From positions 6,411 through 70,410 of the forward strand of contig JAUSES010000060.1 in assembly GCA_030649835.1 (NCBI GenBank): 64,000 nucleotides of DNA. Direction: 5' to 3'. This document shows, piece after piece, positions 48,858-59,118 of this stretch; positions within the stretch are counted from its first letter, which is position 1, and every line of letters begins with the position of its first letter. The notes under the pieces were generated by a model that was given only the letters and a program-made list of their open reading frames with translations, ran no database searches and was not told the origin of the DNA. The DNA is from a bacterium (GTDB lineage: Bacteria; Patescibacteriota; Minisyncoccia; Phycocordibacterales; UBA1550). The translations under genes and the position numbers were made by a program.

Positions 48858-50741
48858 TTATTTAATGCCCACCAACGCTTTAATCTCTTGCCCACTATCA
48901 AGTATCGCCTTAATTTGCCACGTACCCGTGGACATGTTGTCGGTAGAGAGATTATAGTTGTAAAGTTTCTGCCCATCAATTCTGAACTGATTCCCTGTAT
49001 CTGCAACGACAGCAGAAAATGGAATACTATCGCTTCCTATCACATTATTGCTAATCTTTGCAATATAAAGATGTGCAGTTGCTTGCGTAGCAAAATTACC
49101 ATTTGCATCTGAAAGGGCAAATTTCACTGGGAGCGTTCTTCCTAGATTATATACTGCGCTGCCATCAGATTTTATGGGGGGGAGGAAGCCAGTTGTATTA
49201 TAGTTTACAGTAAACGTCTTTGTCAGCGTTGTAACATTACCATTATTGTCTGTTGCAATAATCATAAGAACATTACTGCCAAGCTTGTCTAATGTGACAA
49301 TTTGATTATTGCTGACACTTACACCATTTACAGTTGCAAAAATATTTGCGGTGCCAAAAATATTATCGATGGCCTGAAATTGTATTTCAAGATTAGAATT
49401 TAAAAGATACAGTGAACCAATATCCGAGGTAATAATTTTTATTGGGATAATTCTCTCAATGACACACCCGTTTGTACGAATAATGTAAGATGTATCAGGA
49501 ATATATTTTACCGGTGTATTTTCAGATAACGACACAGTGTTACCGCACACCGTGGTTTTAATTGTGTACACATCATCTGGTTGTGCACCGGACTCAGGAA
49601 CAACTCTAATCGCATAGTCACCACTTTTAAGCTGATCAACTGAAGCTATTTCGTATTCTAAAGTATAGTCTCCATCGGATTCTGTGAGTTCAAAATAATC
49701 TGCGTTTGCTCCAAAATCATTTTGGGTCTTACTTAGTATCAATCCATCTGGATCGGTAATAATTACATCAACGGGGCTATATACTGAAACAGAAAACGCA
49801 GATTTAACGTAATTAAAAAAGAGAAGTGGGTCAAGTGCAGTTGTTAATCGATAGTCCAAATTAACTGGAATATCTCCTTGTCTTACTTCGAAATGAAGAT
49901 GTGGAGCAGTACTCACCCCAGTGGTGCCAACAGTACCAAGAATTTCTCCTTGTTCAACTGGTTTCCCGACATAAGTGCTGGTAGCTATTGTGTCCATATG
50001 TAAATATCTTGTTGATATTTTTTCCGCAATGGTACCATCCTTCCTTGTGACACTTCCATGAGAAACCCATACCCATTTACCGGCGGGGCTATCATTGATA
50101 CTATCTATTCTTACAATCGTTCCCTTCGCCGTGGATTTTACCGGCTTCTGGTTGAGCGTCTTGTCTATATCTATTCCATAATGATTACGAGCGGGATCAA
50201 GTTCCTGTTTGAGAATGCCGCTGTCTGTTGGATTTATCATTTGTGGTGACAATGGCTGGGCTCCAATTGCTATTTTACTAACAGTGTTGGAGCCAGAATT
50301 TGTTACCCAAACCGAATTAGTGACATTGTCGAATGCAATTCCATGAGGGAATACGCCAGTAGAATAATCAACCATGGCTCCTGTATTAATGTTCACCTTA
50401 CTTACAGTATTAATGGAACCGTTTGCTACCCACACAGAATTTGTCACATTGTCAAATGCAACACCCAATAGTCTTCCACGAACATCAAAATCAACTCTAG
50501 CGCCTGTATTAATATCTACTTTGCTTACAGTATTAGAGTAATAATTTGTTACCCACACAGAGTTAGTAACATTGTCAAATGCAACACCCCATGGCTCACT
50601 ACCAACAGGATACTCAACCCTTGTCCCCGCAGGTGGAGCAACTTGCGCGAAGATAGTATTGGTATTAACAAAAACTGAACACACGATGACAATGTTAGCT
50701 ATAACGAATTTAAAAAACTTTTGGGTAAAATATTTTTTCAT
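48858..50741 (-). CDS. M23/LytM-family metallopeptidase carrying three YVTN-type repeats and C-terminal Ig-like domains.
   Basis: There are three repeats of 'AFDNVTNSVWVTN..NTVSKV'. The M23 motifs are 'HYGIDID' and 'GTTGVSTAPHLHFEV'. Confidence 0.8.
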   Translation of the reverse strand: MKKYFTQKFFKFVIANIVIVCSVFVNTNTIFAQVAPPAGTRVEYPVGSEPWGVAFDNVTNSVWVTNYYSNTVSKVDINTGARVDFDVRGRLLGVAFDNVTNSVWVANGSINTVSKVNINTGAMVDYSTGVFPHGIAFDNVTNSVWVTNSGSNTVSKIAIGAQPLSPQMINPTDSGILKQELDPARNHYGIDIDKTLNQKPVKSTAKGTIVRIDSINDSPAGKWVWVSHGSVTRKDGTIAEKISTRYLHMDTIATSTYVGKPVEQGEILGTVGTTGVSTAPHLHFEVRQGDIPVNLDYRLTTALDPLLFFNYVKSAFSVSVYSPVDVIITDPDGLILSKTQNDFGANADYFELTESDGDYTLEYEIASVDQLKSGDYAIRVVPESGAQPDDVYTIKTTVCGNTVSLSENTPVKYIPDTSYIIRTNGCVIERIIPIKIITSDIGSLYLLNSNLEIQFQAIDNIFGTANIFATVNGVSVSNNQIVTLDKLGSNVLMIIATDNNGNVTTLTKTFTVNYNTTGFLPPIKSDGSAVYNLGRTLPVKFALSDANGNFATQATAHLYIAKISNNVIGSDSIPFSAVVADTGNQFRIDGQKLYNYNLSTDNMSTGTWQIKAILDSGQEIKALVGIK

Positions 50742-50756
50742 AGATTTTTTATTAAT

Positions 50757-53700
50757 TTACGGCGTATATGAATACGTCATAACAAGGGATGCGGAATTAA
50801 CGTATAGCGTTGTTGCGGCATCAGGTCTAACAGTAAATGTGTTTTGTGTTACTGTGTTTACTGTATTAACTTTGCGAATTATTTTGAAATAATTTCTGAA
50901 CGTACCAGACGGACCTCCCGGCAAAACATAGGTAACCGGCGATTCAGATTCATACTGAACAGTGACTGATGAATTTGTAGGTGAGACATTAGTGGTCTCA
51001 TAAATACCAGTAAGAGTAATGAACGAACTTTTAGCAGTAATGTTCGCCTCCGTTGTTGTAGCATAAAACTGATATATACCGGGGCTTGCGTTTGTTACAG
51101 GACTTGTTCCTCCTGCAACATAAAATTTTGTCGTCTTTGCGGGATTGTTTACGGTTGCTGTTAAGAATGTACTTATTCCGCTTACGGTTTCATTGCCTGC
51201 GGCATCCATGGAACGCACACGATAAGAATAAGTTGTGCCAGAGTTCAGATTTGAAAGAGCGATGCTGTGTAAATTCACTCTCGTCGGTAATACATCTGTG
51301 AGTGCGGTACATTCTGTCGTTCCTGCGCAATTGTACCCACCAGCGAACATACCACCGATGTTATACTCAATTCGACTAGTTGATACCTCGTCAGTAGTAT
51401 CCCATGTGATGGTTGCGCTGTTGCTACCTGGTAGTCCCGACGAAATATTTGTTACTGGAGGAGCGGTTGTGTCAATCTGGAAATCGGTCGAAGTTTCTGG
51501 AGATGCAGAATCAAACGATACCCAACTGCTATAATAATCCGATCCACTTTTATTATACCTCACGCGTGCTTGCCAGTGGTAAATATCGCCAGGTGGTGTT
51601 GATGTGGTTAAAAGATTAATAGTCCCGCCTCCATATGCTGTGCCAGTGCCCTCAAAACAATATGAATTCGCAGAACATGTTGAAGTAAAGTTTCTATTGG
51701 TTCCAAGAACAGGGCGCACCTCCACCTGTGAGTACATTGTTCCACCAGTTATAGCAGAAGATGTATCAAGAGTGTAACGAACCGGCGTTGAGGAAGCGGT
51801 TCCTCCAATAGAAATGGTGGCAAGACTAGCATCTCTTTGGGTAAGGTTTAGCGGATTATCTGGTACTAGCGAGAGAAGTGAAAAAATTACCGCATTTGAC
51901 TTATATATATTTGATGTTATAACCACGTTGCCAGACATGGCACTGGTGGGAACCTGTGTATTTACAGCTGTATCAGTCCATCCACCAATTCCCCACACCG
52001 TTGATGTCGCATACGAGTTAAAAACAATAACATTGTCGATTATACCAAAAGCTAGGGGGCACGTTCCACCTTGGCACAAATGATTGCCGGTTATCGTTAT
52101 GGGGTCTCCAACACTTGCAGATGGAGGAGAAATGATGCGTGGGAAAACACGGAAATTTGTCATTGTATAGGAATGCATTTTGTTGTTTGATCCTAACCCT
52201 TGTTTCATAATAAGACTTCCTGTGTTTATTGTGTCATCAATAACTGGTGGGACTTGCACTTGAATGAGCTCGTTCCCCCATGAATCAACATTCACCGTGC
52301 CAGTTGGAGAGGCACATGTTGTCACATCGCACCCCAAAATACGCACATATCCACCAGTTACGGCAGTACCAAACCTTGTACCATTTAATCTGACCTGCCC
52401 ATCTTTAAGGCCGTTTAAACATACGGAATCGGTGCCGTCGTGTTCGCGTCCGCCATCACCAACAGGAAATTCCGCTTTATTACACATTGTGAGAGAAATC
52501 ACTTGTGGAAATATGTAGAAATCAAGCCCTCCGCTTGCTGCCCCGCCAGCTGTTACTGCCAGAGCACCTACCCCTCCAAATTCGGAGCCCCAATCCGTAT
52601 CCGTGTCTCCAACATTTAATGTGTCAGTCTGAAAAGTAATCGATGTAGACGACCATGTGATTACATTTGCATCAGTAATCTGATGCGTTCCAATTTTTAT
52701 GTTGTCACTTATTGTAGAACAATTACCCGTACCACATGTGCGTACTCCAAAACCAAACCCCGTAATTACAACAGATTGCTTAAAGCCTACACCTCCTCCG
52801 ATACGCGCGCCACAACCAGTCCCTGCACAATTTGAATAGTCAAGTGCTGGCTCAGTGCTGTTGGTATAGCTTGTAATTTTTGGTTTTACTGTAGTGGTGC
52901 CAGCAAGAGACACGGGTGCGCCAGATTTAGCAGACAGTGCAGAGGTTACAACATCGGCAGGGAGGGCAATTTGAAAATTGATAGTCTCCCCTCCCTTGGG
53001 GTCACTTGCGCCATTTATCATATCTGCTCGAACATAAAAATAATATGTTGTTCCCGCCACAAGCGCGAGTGAGCCCGATACCGTCGCTGCTTCTGAAGTC
53101 AAGGACGCGACTGTCGTCCCGTACTGCCCTGTCACTCCATTTGCAAAATTGCCATCAGTGTCATAAAAGACCGCGAGGTTTGAAAGATTATTTGTCGCAT
53201 TGGTCGTTCCTGTTTCAGTGATTTTTGTAGAAGTAAGTGTCTCTCCCGCAGATGACACGAGAGTAAATGCGGAACAGGAAGCAGGGCTATTACAAGTCAC
53301 ATCATTTGCATACTGTGCGGTTGATCCAGAGTTCAGGCTTGCTACTTTATTGCCTGAGGTCGCACCAATGGCTAAGGTAAGGGGCGGTTTAAGGGCTATC
53401 GTCATCCTCGCTTGAATAGATGAGTTGAGGAGAGTTGCGGTACTGTTGCCCGTTGCTCCTGTGGTGAGTCTTGGCCCCACTGCTACGCCGAACCCTCCCC
53501 CACGTCCGGCATTTGTGTTAGCGTCGGCATTGAGTACCTCAGTCAAACTTGAAAGACCCCCGTTCGCCCATCCAGATGTCTGCGGAGTATTGTTTACATC
53601 TGTGTCATTTGCAACCACCGCAACCACGAGTGTTTCTGTGGATGTGGTAGTAACTCCCGGTATAGTCACTGCAGTTGATGCTGTTGCTAAAATGTCTCCC

Positions 53701-54173
53701 GCCGTCACATCCCACGGGTTCCCCGTAGCAATAACTCCTCTAAACGCGATGATCTGTGCAAACTGATGGTCTCCCGAGTCGGAAGTGGTTGGTGCGCCTT
53801 GTGTGCCATTGTACCTACTCCAAAATACGGTGAGTCGCGTTGCCCCTGCAATACCCGCAGTACCGGTGCCTTGTGGTGAATTCGTTACCTGCGCCCACAC
53901 ACCTCCGTTTGGTGTTGGGATGGTGATGGCCTGATTTGCGGTCTCAACAAAAAGAAGCAGGATGTCGTCCACCGCGAGCCCTGCTGGAAGAGGTGGTGTA
54001 ACTGCGGTTATTGCAGAGGCTTTTGCCCCCGCCGCAACGAGGGTGGGGGTAGCAGCATGTGCGTTGTTTATTTCAAAAAATGATGTTACTCCGGAAAAAC
54101 CAAAAAATAAGGCAACAGCAAAGACTGTAAAAATCCTAGAAAGCGTATTGAAAATAGTTCTCTTTTTTTTCAT
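50757..54173 (-). CDS. Very large secreted Thr/Gly/Ser-rich beta-repeat protein with a C-terminal FN3-like domain, a candidate pilus-associated adhesin.
   Basis: 1138 aa with a signal peptide. The composition is T/G/S/N-rich. 'TTYSYRVRSMDAAGNET' is FN3-like. Confidence 0.55.
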   Translation of the reverse strand: MKKKRTIFNTLSRIFTVFAVALFFGFSGVTSFFEINNAHAATPTLVAAGAKASAITAVTPPLPAGLAVDDILLLFVETANQAITIPTPNGGVWAQVTNSPQGTGTAGIAGATRLTVFWSRYNGTQGAPTTSDSGDHQFAQIIAFRGVIATGNPWDVTAGDILATASTAVTIPGVTTTSTETLVVAVVANDTDVNNTPQTSGWANGGLSSLTEVLNADANTNAGRGGGFGVAVGPRLTTGATGNSTATLLNSSIQARMTIALKPPLTLAIGATSGNKVASLNSGSTAQYANDVTCNSPASCSAFTLVSSAGETLTSTKITETGTTNATNNLSNLAVFYDTDGNFANGVTGQYGTTVASLTSEAATVSGSLALVAGTTYYFYVRADMINGASDPKGGETINFQIALPADVVTSALSAKSGAPVSLAGTTTVKPKITSYTNSTEPALDYSNCAGTGCGARIGGGVGFKQSVVITGFGFGVRTCGTGNCSTISDNIKIGTHQITDANVITWSSTSITFQTDTLNVGDTDTDWGSEFGGVGALAVTAGGAASGGLDFYIFPQVISLTMCNKAEFPVGDGGREHDGTDSVCLNGLKDGQVRLNGTRFGTAVTGGYVRILGCDVTTCASPTGTVNVDSWGNELIQVQVPPVIDDTINTGSLIMKQGLGSNNKMHSYTMTNFRVFPRIISPPSASVGDPITITGNHLCQGGTCPLAFGIIDNVIVFNSYATSTVWGIGGWTDTAVNTQVPTSAMSGNVVITSNIYKSNAVIFSLLSLVPDNPLNLTQRDASLATISIGGTASSTPVRYTLDTSSAITGGTMYSQVEVRPVLGTNRNFTSTCSANSYCFEGTGTAYGGGTINLLTTSTPPGDIYHWQARVRYNKSGSDYYSSWVSFDSASPETSTDFQIDTTAPPVTNISSGLPGSNSATITWDTTDEVSTSRIEYNIGGMFAGGYNCAGTTECTALTDVLPTRVNLHSIALSNLNSGTTYSYRVRSMDAAGNETVSGISTFLTATVNNPAKTTKFYVAGGTSPVTNASPGIYQFYATTTEANITAKSSFITLTGIYETTNVSPTNSSVTVQYESESPVTYVLPGGPSGTFRNYFKIIRKVNTVNTVTQNTFTVRPDAATTLYVNSASLVMTYSYTP

Positions 54174-54221
54174 TTAGTATGCTCCAAAACTACAAATAGT
54201 ATACCACACCAACTAAATTGT

Positions 54222-54890
54222 TTAACTCTGAAGTTCTAGTGTTGTACCACTCGTATTTATGTTTCCGTCCTGCGCTTCATACGTGTTGTTAGAGCAGGTT
54301 TTTACACCCGTTGCCACACCACCTGACCAATCAGCTTGATTACAAATCTTATTCTTCCACCGAAATAAATAATTATTTATCGTAAGAGGGCTCCCCGCGC
54401 CCTGCCACGAAACCACCACGGACACCTTCTGTGTACTCGGGTCATTAAAATAATTATTTACTGGTGTACAGATAGTACTGCTTGCGATACTTCTACTACT
54501 ATCATTGCACCTGCTTACATTGTCTACAATAAAATACCGCGTGTAACTCGCATTGTTAAGCAAGATTGTCTCATCACCAGATGTAACGGTTAGGAGGCCA
54601 CTAGAGGGTGCCGTTTTATAATGTGTGATTCCCTTCCCTGTTAGGTTATAGATATTCTGCCACTTTTCATCGGCTACTGCGCGCACCGCTTCCAGTGTTT
54701 CATTTGCAAGGCCCATCGCTACGTCATTTTCACCAGAGGTTTTTCCACTTTGCATGCTTACATACACTGCCTGAGAACCAATAGACAAAATAATCGCAAG
54801 GATGGATATCGCCACAAGTAGCTCCAAAAGAAGAGCTCCACGAACGAGGGAGTAACGAGGGATGGGGAATGGGGAATGTTTATTTCTCAT
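54222..54890 (-). CDS. Pseudopilin / minor pilin (prepilin-type N-terminus).
   Basis: 'MRNKHSPFPIPRYSLVRG|ALLLELLVAISILAIIL' has an 18-aa leader that ends in Gly, with Glu at +5. Confidence 0.7.
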   Translation of the reverse strand: MRNKHSPFPIPRYSLVRGALLLELLVAISILAIILSIGSQAVYVSMQSGKTSGENDVAMGLANETLEAVRAVADEKWQNIYNLTGKGITHYKTAPSSGLLTVTSGDETILLNNASYTRYFIVDNVSRCNDSSRSIASSTICTPVNNYFNDPSTQKVSVVVSWQGAGSPLTINNYLFRWKNKICNQADWSGGVATGVKTCSNNTYEAQDGNINTSGTTLELQS

Positions 54891-54891
54891 G

Positions 54892-55515
54892 CTAGTTTAT
54901 TGTACCGATACTTGAAATGGTTATGGTCTCCATTGTGTTCCCTGACAAGATGCTAATTGTGGTTGAAGTTGTCGTGCCGGAAATTCTCGAAAAAATAATA
55001 TCCTTACTCGTTCCTGCGCTCGGGTCAGAAAACGTCACTCCACTTGAAAGTGTTGTTGTTCCTGTTATTGTTCCTCCTGCATACCCGGTAGCTGTTGAAA
55101 AAATCTCATAGTAGTGGGGCCCGCCGTTTGTGTTAACTACGTGCACTCCCCACTTTAGTTCCGCCTCCCCCGACATAGATTTAGAGCGCATATGCTTTAA
55201 ATCACTGGCAATTGCTCTCGAAACGGACTGAACTTCTATCTTCGTTACAGCGCCATGATAAAAACCCGATCCCGCAGCTCCTAAAATAGCTACAATAGCA
55301 ACAACAATAAGGAGCTCCAAGAGGCTAAAACCACGGGGGGAACGAGTGGGAACGAGTGGGAACGAGGGGGAACGAGAATGCACATTTGGGACAGAGAGAA
55401 CAGTGGGGACAGAAACGCACAGTCGCTCCGTGACTGTGCGTTTCTTTTGTCCCCCGGTTCTTACCGTTCCCCTTGTGTATTTTTCGTTCCCCCCGTTGTT
55501 GTTCTTTATAATCAT
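54892..55515 (-). CDS. Pseudopilin / minor pilin. The likely true start is the in-frame GTG at 55383, giving the leader MHSRSPSFPLVPTRSPRG.
   Basis: 'RSPRG|FSLLELLIVVAIVAILGAAG'. The 5' part of the annotated ORF lies inside a palindromic G-rich repeat. Confidence 0.7.
   Translation of the reverse strand: MIIKNNNGGNEKYTRGTVRTGGQKKRTVTERLCVSVPTVLSVPNVHSRSPSFPLVPTRSPRGFSLLELLIVVAIVAILGAAGSGFYHGAVTKIEVQSVSRAIASDLKHMRSKSMSGEAELKWGVHVVNTNGGPHYYEIFSTATGYAGGTITGTTTLSSGVTFSDPSAGTSKDIIFSRISGTTTSTTISILSGNTMETITISSIGTIN
55322..55510. repeat. Imperfect palindromic repeat element. It has 'gggaacgag' tandem repeats, a central hairpin (gaaacgcacagtc..gactgtgcgtttc) and 'cgttcccc' repeats.
   Basis: Left arm 'ggggggaacgagtgggaacgagtgggaacgagggggaacgag'. 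Centre hairpin at 55412..55444. The right arm is the approximate reverse complement. Confidence 0.55.
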
Positions 55516-55517
55516 GA

Positions 55518-55904
55518 TTATTTTTTTGGAGTCCGTAAAATCGAATTACGAAAAGAGATTAGTTGATGAGCAAGAAACTCCGCATTTTTAAGCAATTCAT
55601 TGTGTTCATCTATGGAAAAATACTTACTATCAAAAGCAACATCGAAGCAAGCAACAACCTCGTTAAGCGAAGTATGTGCTATGTTCAAAAAATGAGCAAA
55701 ATCCTTATCTGTCCCTCTGTCAGCCCCCTCTGCAATATTAAGCAATACAGAATCGAGTGCACGACATAATTGCTGTTGTAAAGAAAATTGTTCACGTTTA
55801 GGAAATTTTGCATAGGATATCTTTTTTGCAGAGGAAATAAAAGCTCGCACATCTGCGTATACAGGAAATTCTCGGAACCTAAATATTCTATGCGTGTTTG
55901 TCAT
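55518..55904 (-). CDS. Four-helix-bundle protein (23S rRNA intervening-sequence protein family).
   Basis: 'LNIAEGADR...FAHFLNIAHTSLNEV' matches the family signature. Confidence 0.75.
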   Translation of the reverse strand: MTNTHRIFRFREFPVYADVRAFISSAKKISYAKFPKREQFSLQQQLCRALDSVLLNIAEGADRGTDKDFAHFLNIAHTSLNEVVACFDVAFDSKYFSIDEHNELLKNAEFLAHQLISFRNSILRTPKK

Positions 55905-55924
55905 TTTTTATAGTATCCTAACTC

Positions 55925-56035
55925 TTTAGTCCTTTATGTTCTATCGTTCCCCCTCCTTCCCCTTGTGGGTTACTGTCCCAAGTGTGCATTTCTGTTCCCC
56001 CTGTTCCCCTCGTCCCAAACGTTCCTTCCCTCCCC
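55925..56035. repeat. Half-copy (C-rich arm) of the same palindromic repeat family.
   Basis: Its reverse complement reads 'ggggaacagggggaacagaaatgcacacttgggacag', which matches 59860..59925. Confidence 0.5.
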
Positions 56036-57253
56036 CTATGTAAAATGTCCTACAAGCTGATAAATAGGAAGGATAATAGAAACAGCAATGGATCCAACAA
56101 GGAGGCCCATAATGAGCAGGAGTGCAGGCTCCAGAACTGCAGTGAGGTCCTTGAGCTTGTTGTCCACATCTTCTTCGTAAAAATCTGAAAATGTAATCAG
56201 GATTTCAGATAGTGTACCTGTGCGCTCCCCTACTACAGAGAGACTCACAAGAAGTCGTGGAAAAAGTTCCGGAAACTTTAGGAGCGCATCTGAAATAGAA
56301 ATTCCATTTTTTACATCATCAACAACAGCAGAGATCGCTCTCTGATAGTTAAGGTTTCCCACAGAATCTCCTGCAGACTGGAGAGAATCCACGGCAGAAA
56401 GCCCACTTGACATCAGGTTGCCAAGTGTGCGGGTAAACCTCACCAAGGCAATCTTTCTTACCAACTCATTTGCAACAGGCGTATGTGAAATAACCCAGAA
56501 AAAAACCTTCTTACCTGTTCGTGTTGTCCTAAAATAGATAAAAAACCATACAATAAATGCGAAGGCAAAAATATCAAGGAAAAAATTATAGGTAAGAGCG
56601 TTTGAAATAGCGAGAAAAAACTTTGTGAACCATGGGAGCGCAACGCCACTTGAAGCGAATGCTTTCGTGAGCTTTGGAAGAACAAAAATAAGAAGGAGGG
56701 AAACAACACCAAGTGAGGCAACGAGCAAAATAACTGGGTAGGTTAATGCAGATTTGACTCTTGCGCGTAGTGCATATTCCTTTGAAAGATATTTACCGAG
56801 CTCAGCAAAGGTACGATCAAGCTGACCCGATGCCTCGCCCGAACGAAGCATCCCTAAAAATACTGGAGGAAATGACTCTGCGTAATTTTCAAATCCCATA
56901 GAAAGTGGCTGTCCGTTTTTTACGATTGCCTGAATCTCTTGCAACATATTCTTTACCACTTTTTTTTCTGTATCTTGTATAAGGATGTCTAGCGCCTCTA
57001 CTACAGACAGTCCTGCTTTAATTGTCGCGGACAAGTTGCGTACCAGAAACAAAATATCCACTGAGTTAATTTTTTCAAAAAGGGACATGGAGAGGTTTAT
57101 CCCCTTTTTCCCTCCACCGAGGAGCTTTACTGTTATGGGAGTAAGATCGCGTCGAAGTAGGTACCCCACAGCCTCATCACGTGTGTCCGCCTCGTACTCC
57201 CCGCGCACAATCGCTCCGTCACGGTTATATGTTTCGTAAAGATATATTGCCAT
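56036..57253 (-). CDS. pilC: Type IV pilus assembly platform protein PilC (GspF family).
   Basis: 405 aa with two T2SF repeats and 3 TM helices. Confidence 0.9.
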   Translation of the reverse strand: MAIYLYETYNRDGAIVRGEYEADTRDEAVGYLLRRDLTPITVKLLGGGKKGINLSMSLFEKINSVDILFLVRNLSATIKAGLSVVEALDILIQDTEKKVVKNMLQEIQAIVKNGQPLSMGFENYAESFPPVFLGMLRSGEASGQLDRTFAELGKYLSKEYALRARVKSALTYPVILLVASLGVVSLLLIFVLPKLTKAFASSGVALPWFTKFFLAISNALTYNFFLDIFAFAFIVWFFIYFRTTRTGKKVFFWVISHTPVANELVRKIALVRFTRTLGNLMSSGLSAVDSLQSAGDSVGNLNYQRAISAVVDDVKNGISISDALLKFPELFPRLLVSLSVVGERTGTLSEILITFSDFYEEDVDNKLKDLTAVLEPALLLIMGLLVGSIAVSIILPIYQLVGHFT

Positions 57254-57258
57254 AATAA

Positions 57259-58977
57259 TTATTCCTTAACTACTCTTAAAATTTCCTCTATGGTTGTCGT
57301 CCCGCGCTCCACCTTGTTTAAACCATCAGCAAACATGCTGGTCATACCATCTTCAATTGCGCGCTTGCGAATCTCATTAACATTTGCCTCGCGAAGAATA
57401 AATTCTCGTATGGTATCAGTAATTATAAAAAATTCAAATATACCAATTTGACCCTGAAACCCAGAATTCCCACAAACTTTGCACCCCTTTCCTCTGTATA
57501 ACGTAGTAGGAACATTATGAGAAACATTTCCCGAAAGCTCCATCTGCGCTTTTATCAACCGCACAATTTCAGGACTTGCGGAGTATGACTCAGTGCACGA
57601 AGCACAAATGCGGCGCACCAAACGCTGAGCAATAACCAGGTTTACGGTGGAAGAAAGAAGAAATGCCTGTGCTCCCATGTCAAGCAACCGTGGAAGCGCT
57701 GATGTCGCGTCGTTAGTATGAAGTGACGATAACACAAGGTGCCCCGTCAGTGCTGCATGCACAGCAATTTCAGCTGTTTCGTTATCACGAATCTCTCCGA
57801 TCATAATGATATCAGGATTCTGACGAAGAAGCGCGCGAAGTCCATTTGCGAAGGTTATTCCTGATTTTAGATTTACCTGCGTCTGGTTTACACGAGGAAA
57901 TTCATATTCGATAGGGTCCTCGATTGTGGTAATGTTAACTGTTGGGGTATTAAGAATTTGCAGTATCGCGTAGAGCGTGGTTGTTTTTCCATGTCCTGTT
58001 GGACCTGTAACAAGAACCATTCCGTGTGGTTTTCTAATTTCATTAAAAAGGATTTCTATACCCTCGTCTGAAACACCCAAATCTTTTAGTGTAAGTGGTC
58101 GTGCAGATCCTTTCAAAATACGCATTTCAACTTTTTCACCATGGAAAACAGGCATTATATTTACACGTATATCAATAGATGCTCCGTCGTCCATGTCAAA
58201 ATGAAAACGTCCGTCTTGGGGGGTGCGGTGCTCGTCTATTTGCATTCCAGCTAGAATTTTTACTCGCGCGACGAGCACAGGGGCTATCGCTTTTGGGAGA
58301 CTCACTATTTCCTGCATGATACCATCAATACGAAATCGTACTAAAAGCTCCTTATCCAATGGTTCAAAATGAATGTCCGAGCTATTCAAACTCGCGGCAT
58401 GATCAATGATATTGTCCAGAATACTTACGATGGGGACGGCTGTTGCACCTTTTGTTACATCGCCTTCACCGGTAATTGCTAGAGACTGCTCTACGTTTTC
58501 TGAAATAATCTGATCAAAATTTATACCAACTTTTTTCTTGTATTGTTTTAGTCCAAAACGAAGGCTTGGAAATGCGGTTAAATACACATCCACCCATCCC
58601 CCCACGCGCGCCCGCACGTATTCAATGGTTTCGTAGTCAAAAGGATCAAGCATCGCGAGCTTTGCACGATTTTCTACCTTGTCATAGGCAAACAAAACAA
58701 TGTTTTTAGATTTTGCATACACCTCAGGAATAAGTTCTAGGACTTCCGGGTCTATCGGTTCTCCCTCTTTTTTTAGATTTATAATCGGTACTCCATAATA
58801 TGGTGAAAGAAGCTCTGCGAAATAATCCTCAGGGATTTTCCCTCTCCCAATGAGTACATTTTGAATGGTGTGTCCCGAGCGTCGAGCTTCCTCTACGGCA
58901 ACTGCAAACTCGTCGTCAGTTACTAAGCCTGACTCAACTACAATAGATTTTAATTTGTCTGGCGTGATGTGCATCAT
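57259..58977 (-). CDS. pilB: Type IV pilus assembly ATPase PilB (GspE family).
   Basis: It has a GSPII_E N-terminal domain, Walker A 'GPTGHGKTTTL', Asp/His boxes and a tetracysteine 'CASC...CKVC'. Confidence 0.9.
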   Translation of the reverse strand: MMHITPDKLKSIVVESGLVTDDEFAVAVEEARRSGHTIQNVLIGRGKIPEDYFAELLSPYYGVPIINLKKEGEPIDPEVLELIPEVYAKSKNIVLFAYDKVENRAKLAMLDPFDYETIEYVRARVGGWVDVYLTAFPSLRFGLKQYKKKVGINFDQIISENVEQSLAITGEGDVTKGATAVPIVSILDNIIDHAASLNSSDIHFEPLDKELLVRFRIDGIMQEIVSLPKAIAPVLVARVKILAGMQIDEHRTPQDGRFHFDMDDGASIDIRVNIMPVFHGEKVEMRILKGSARPLTLKDLGVSDEGIEILFNEIRKPHGMVLVTGPTGHGKTTTLYAILQILNTPTVNITTIEDPIEYEFPRVNQTQVNLKSGITFANGLRALLRQNPDIIMIGEIRDNETAEIAVHAALTGHLVLSSLHTNDATSALPRLLDMGAQAFLLSSTVNLVIAQRLVRRICASCTESYSASPEIVRLIKAQMELSGNVSHNVPTTLYRGKGCKVCGNSGFQGQIGIFEFFIITDTIREFILREANVNEIRKRAIEDGMTSMFADGLNKVERGTTTIEEILRVVKE

Positions 58978-59118
58978 AAATAGTATACTCCTGAGCCTTA
59001 CTTTTTCATAGTATATACTATGAAAAAGTAAGGCTCAGGAGTATAAGGAGATTTTAATATGCAAAACAAAAGCGCCTCGCGGCGCTTTTGTTTTGTGAAC
59101 TACTAATCGAGAGATTGA

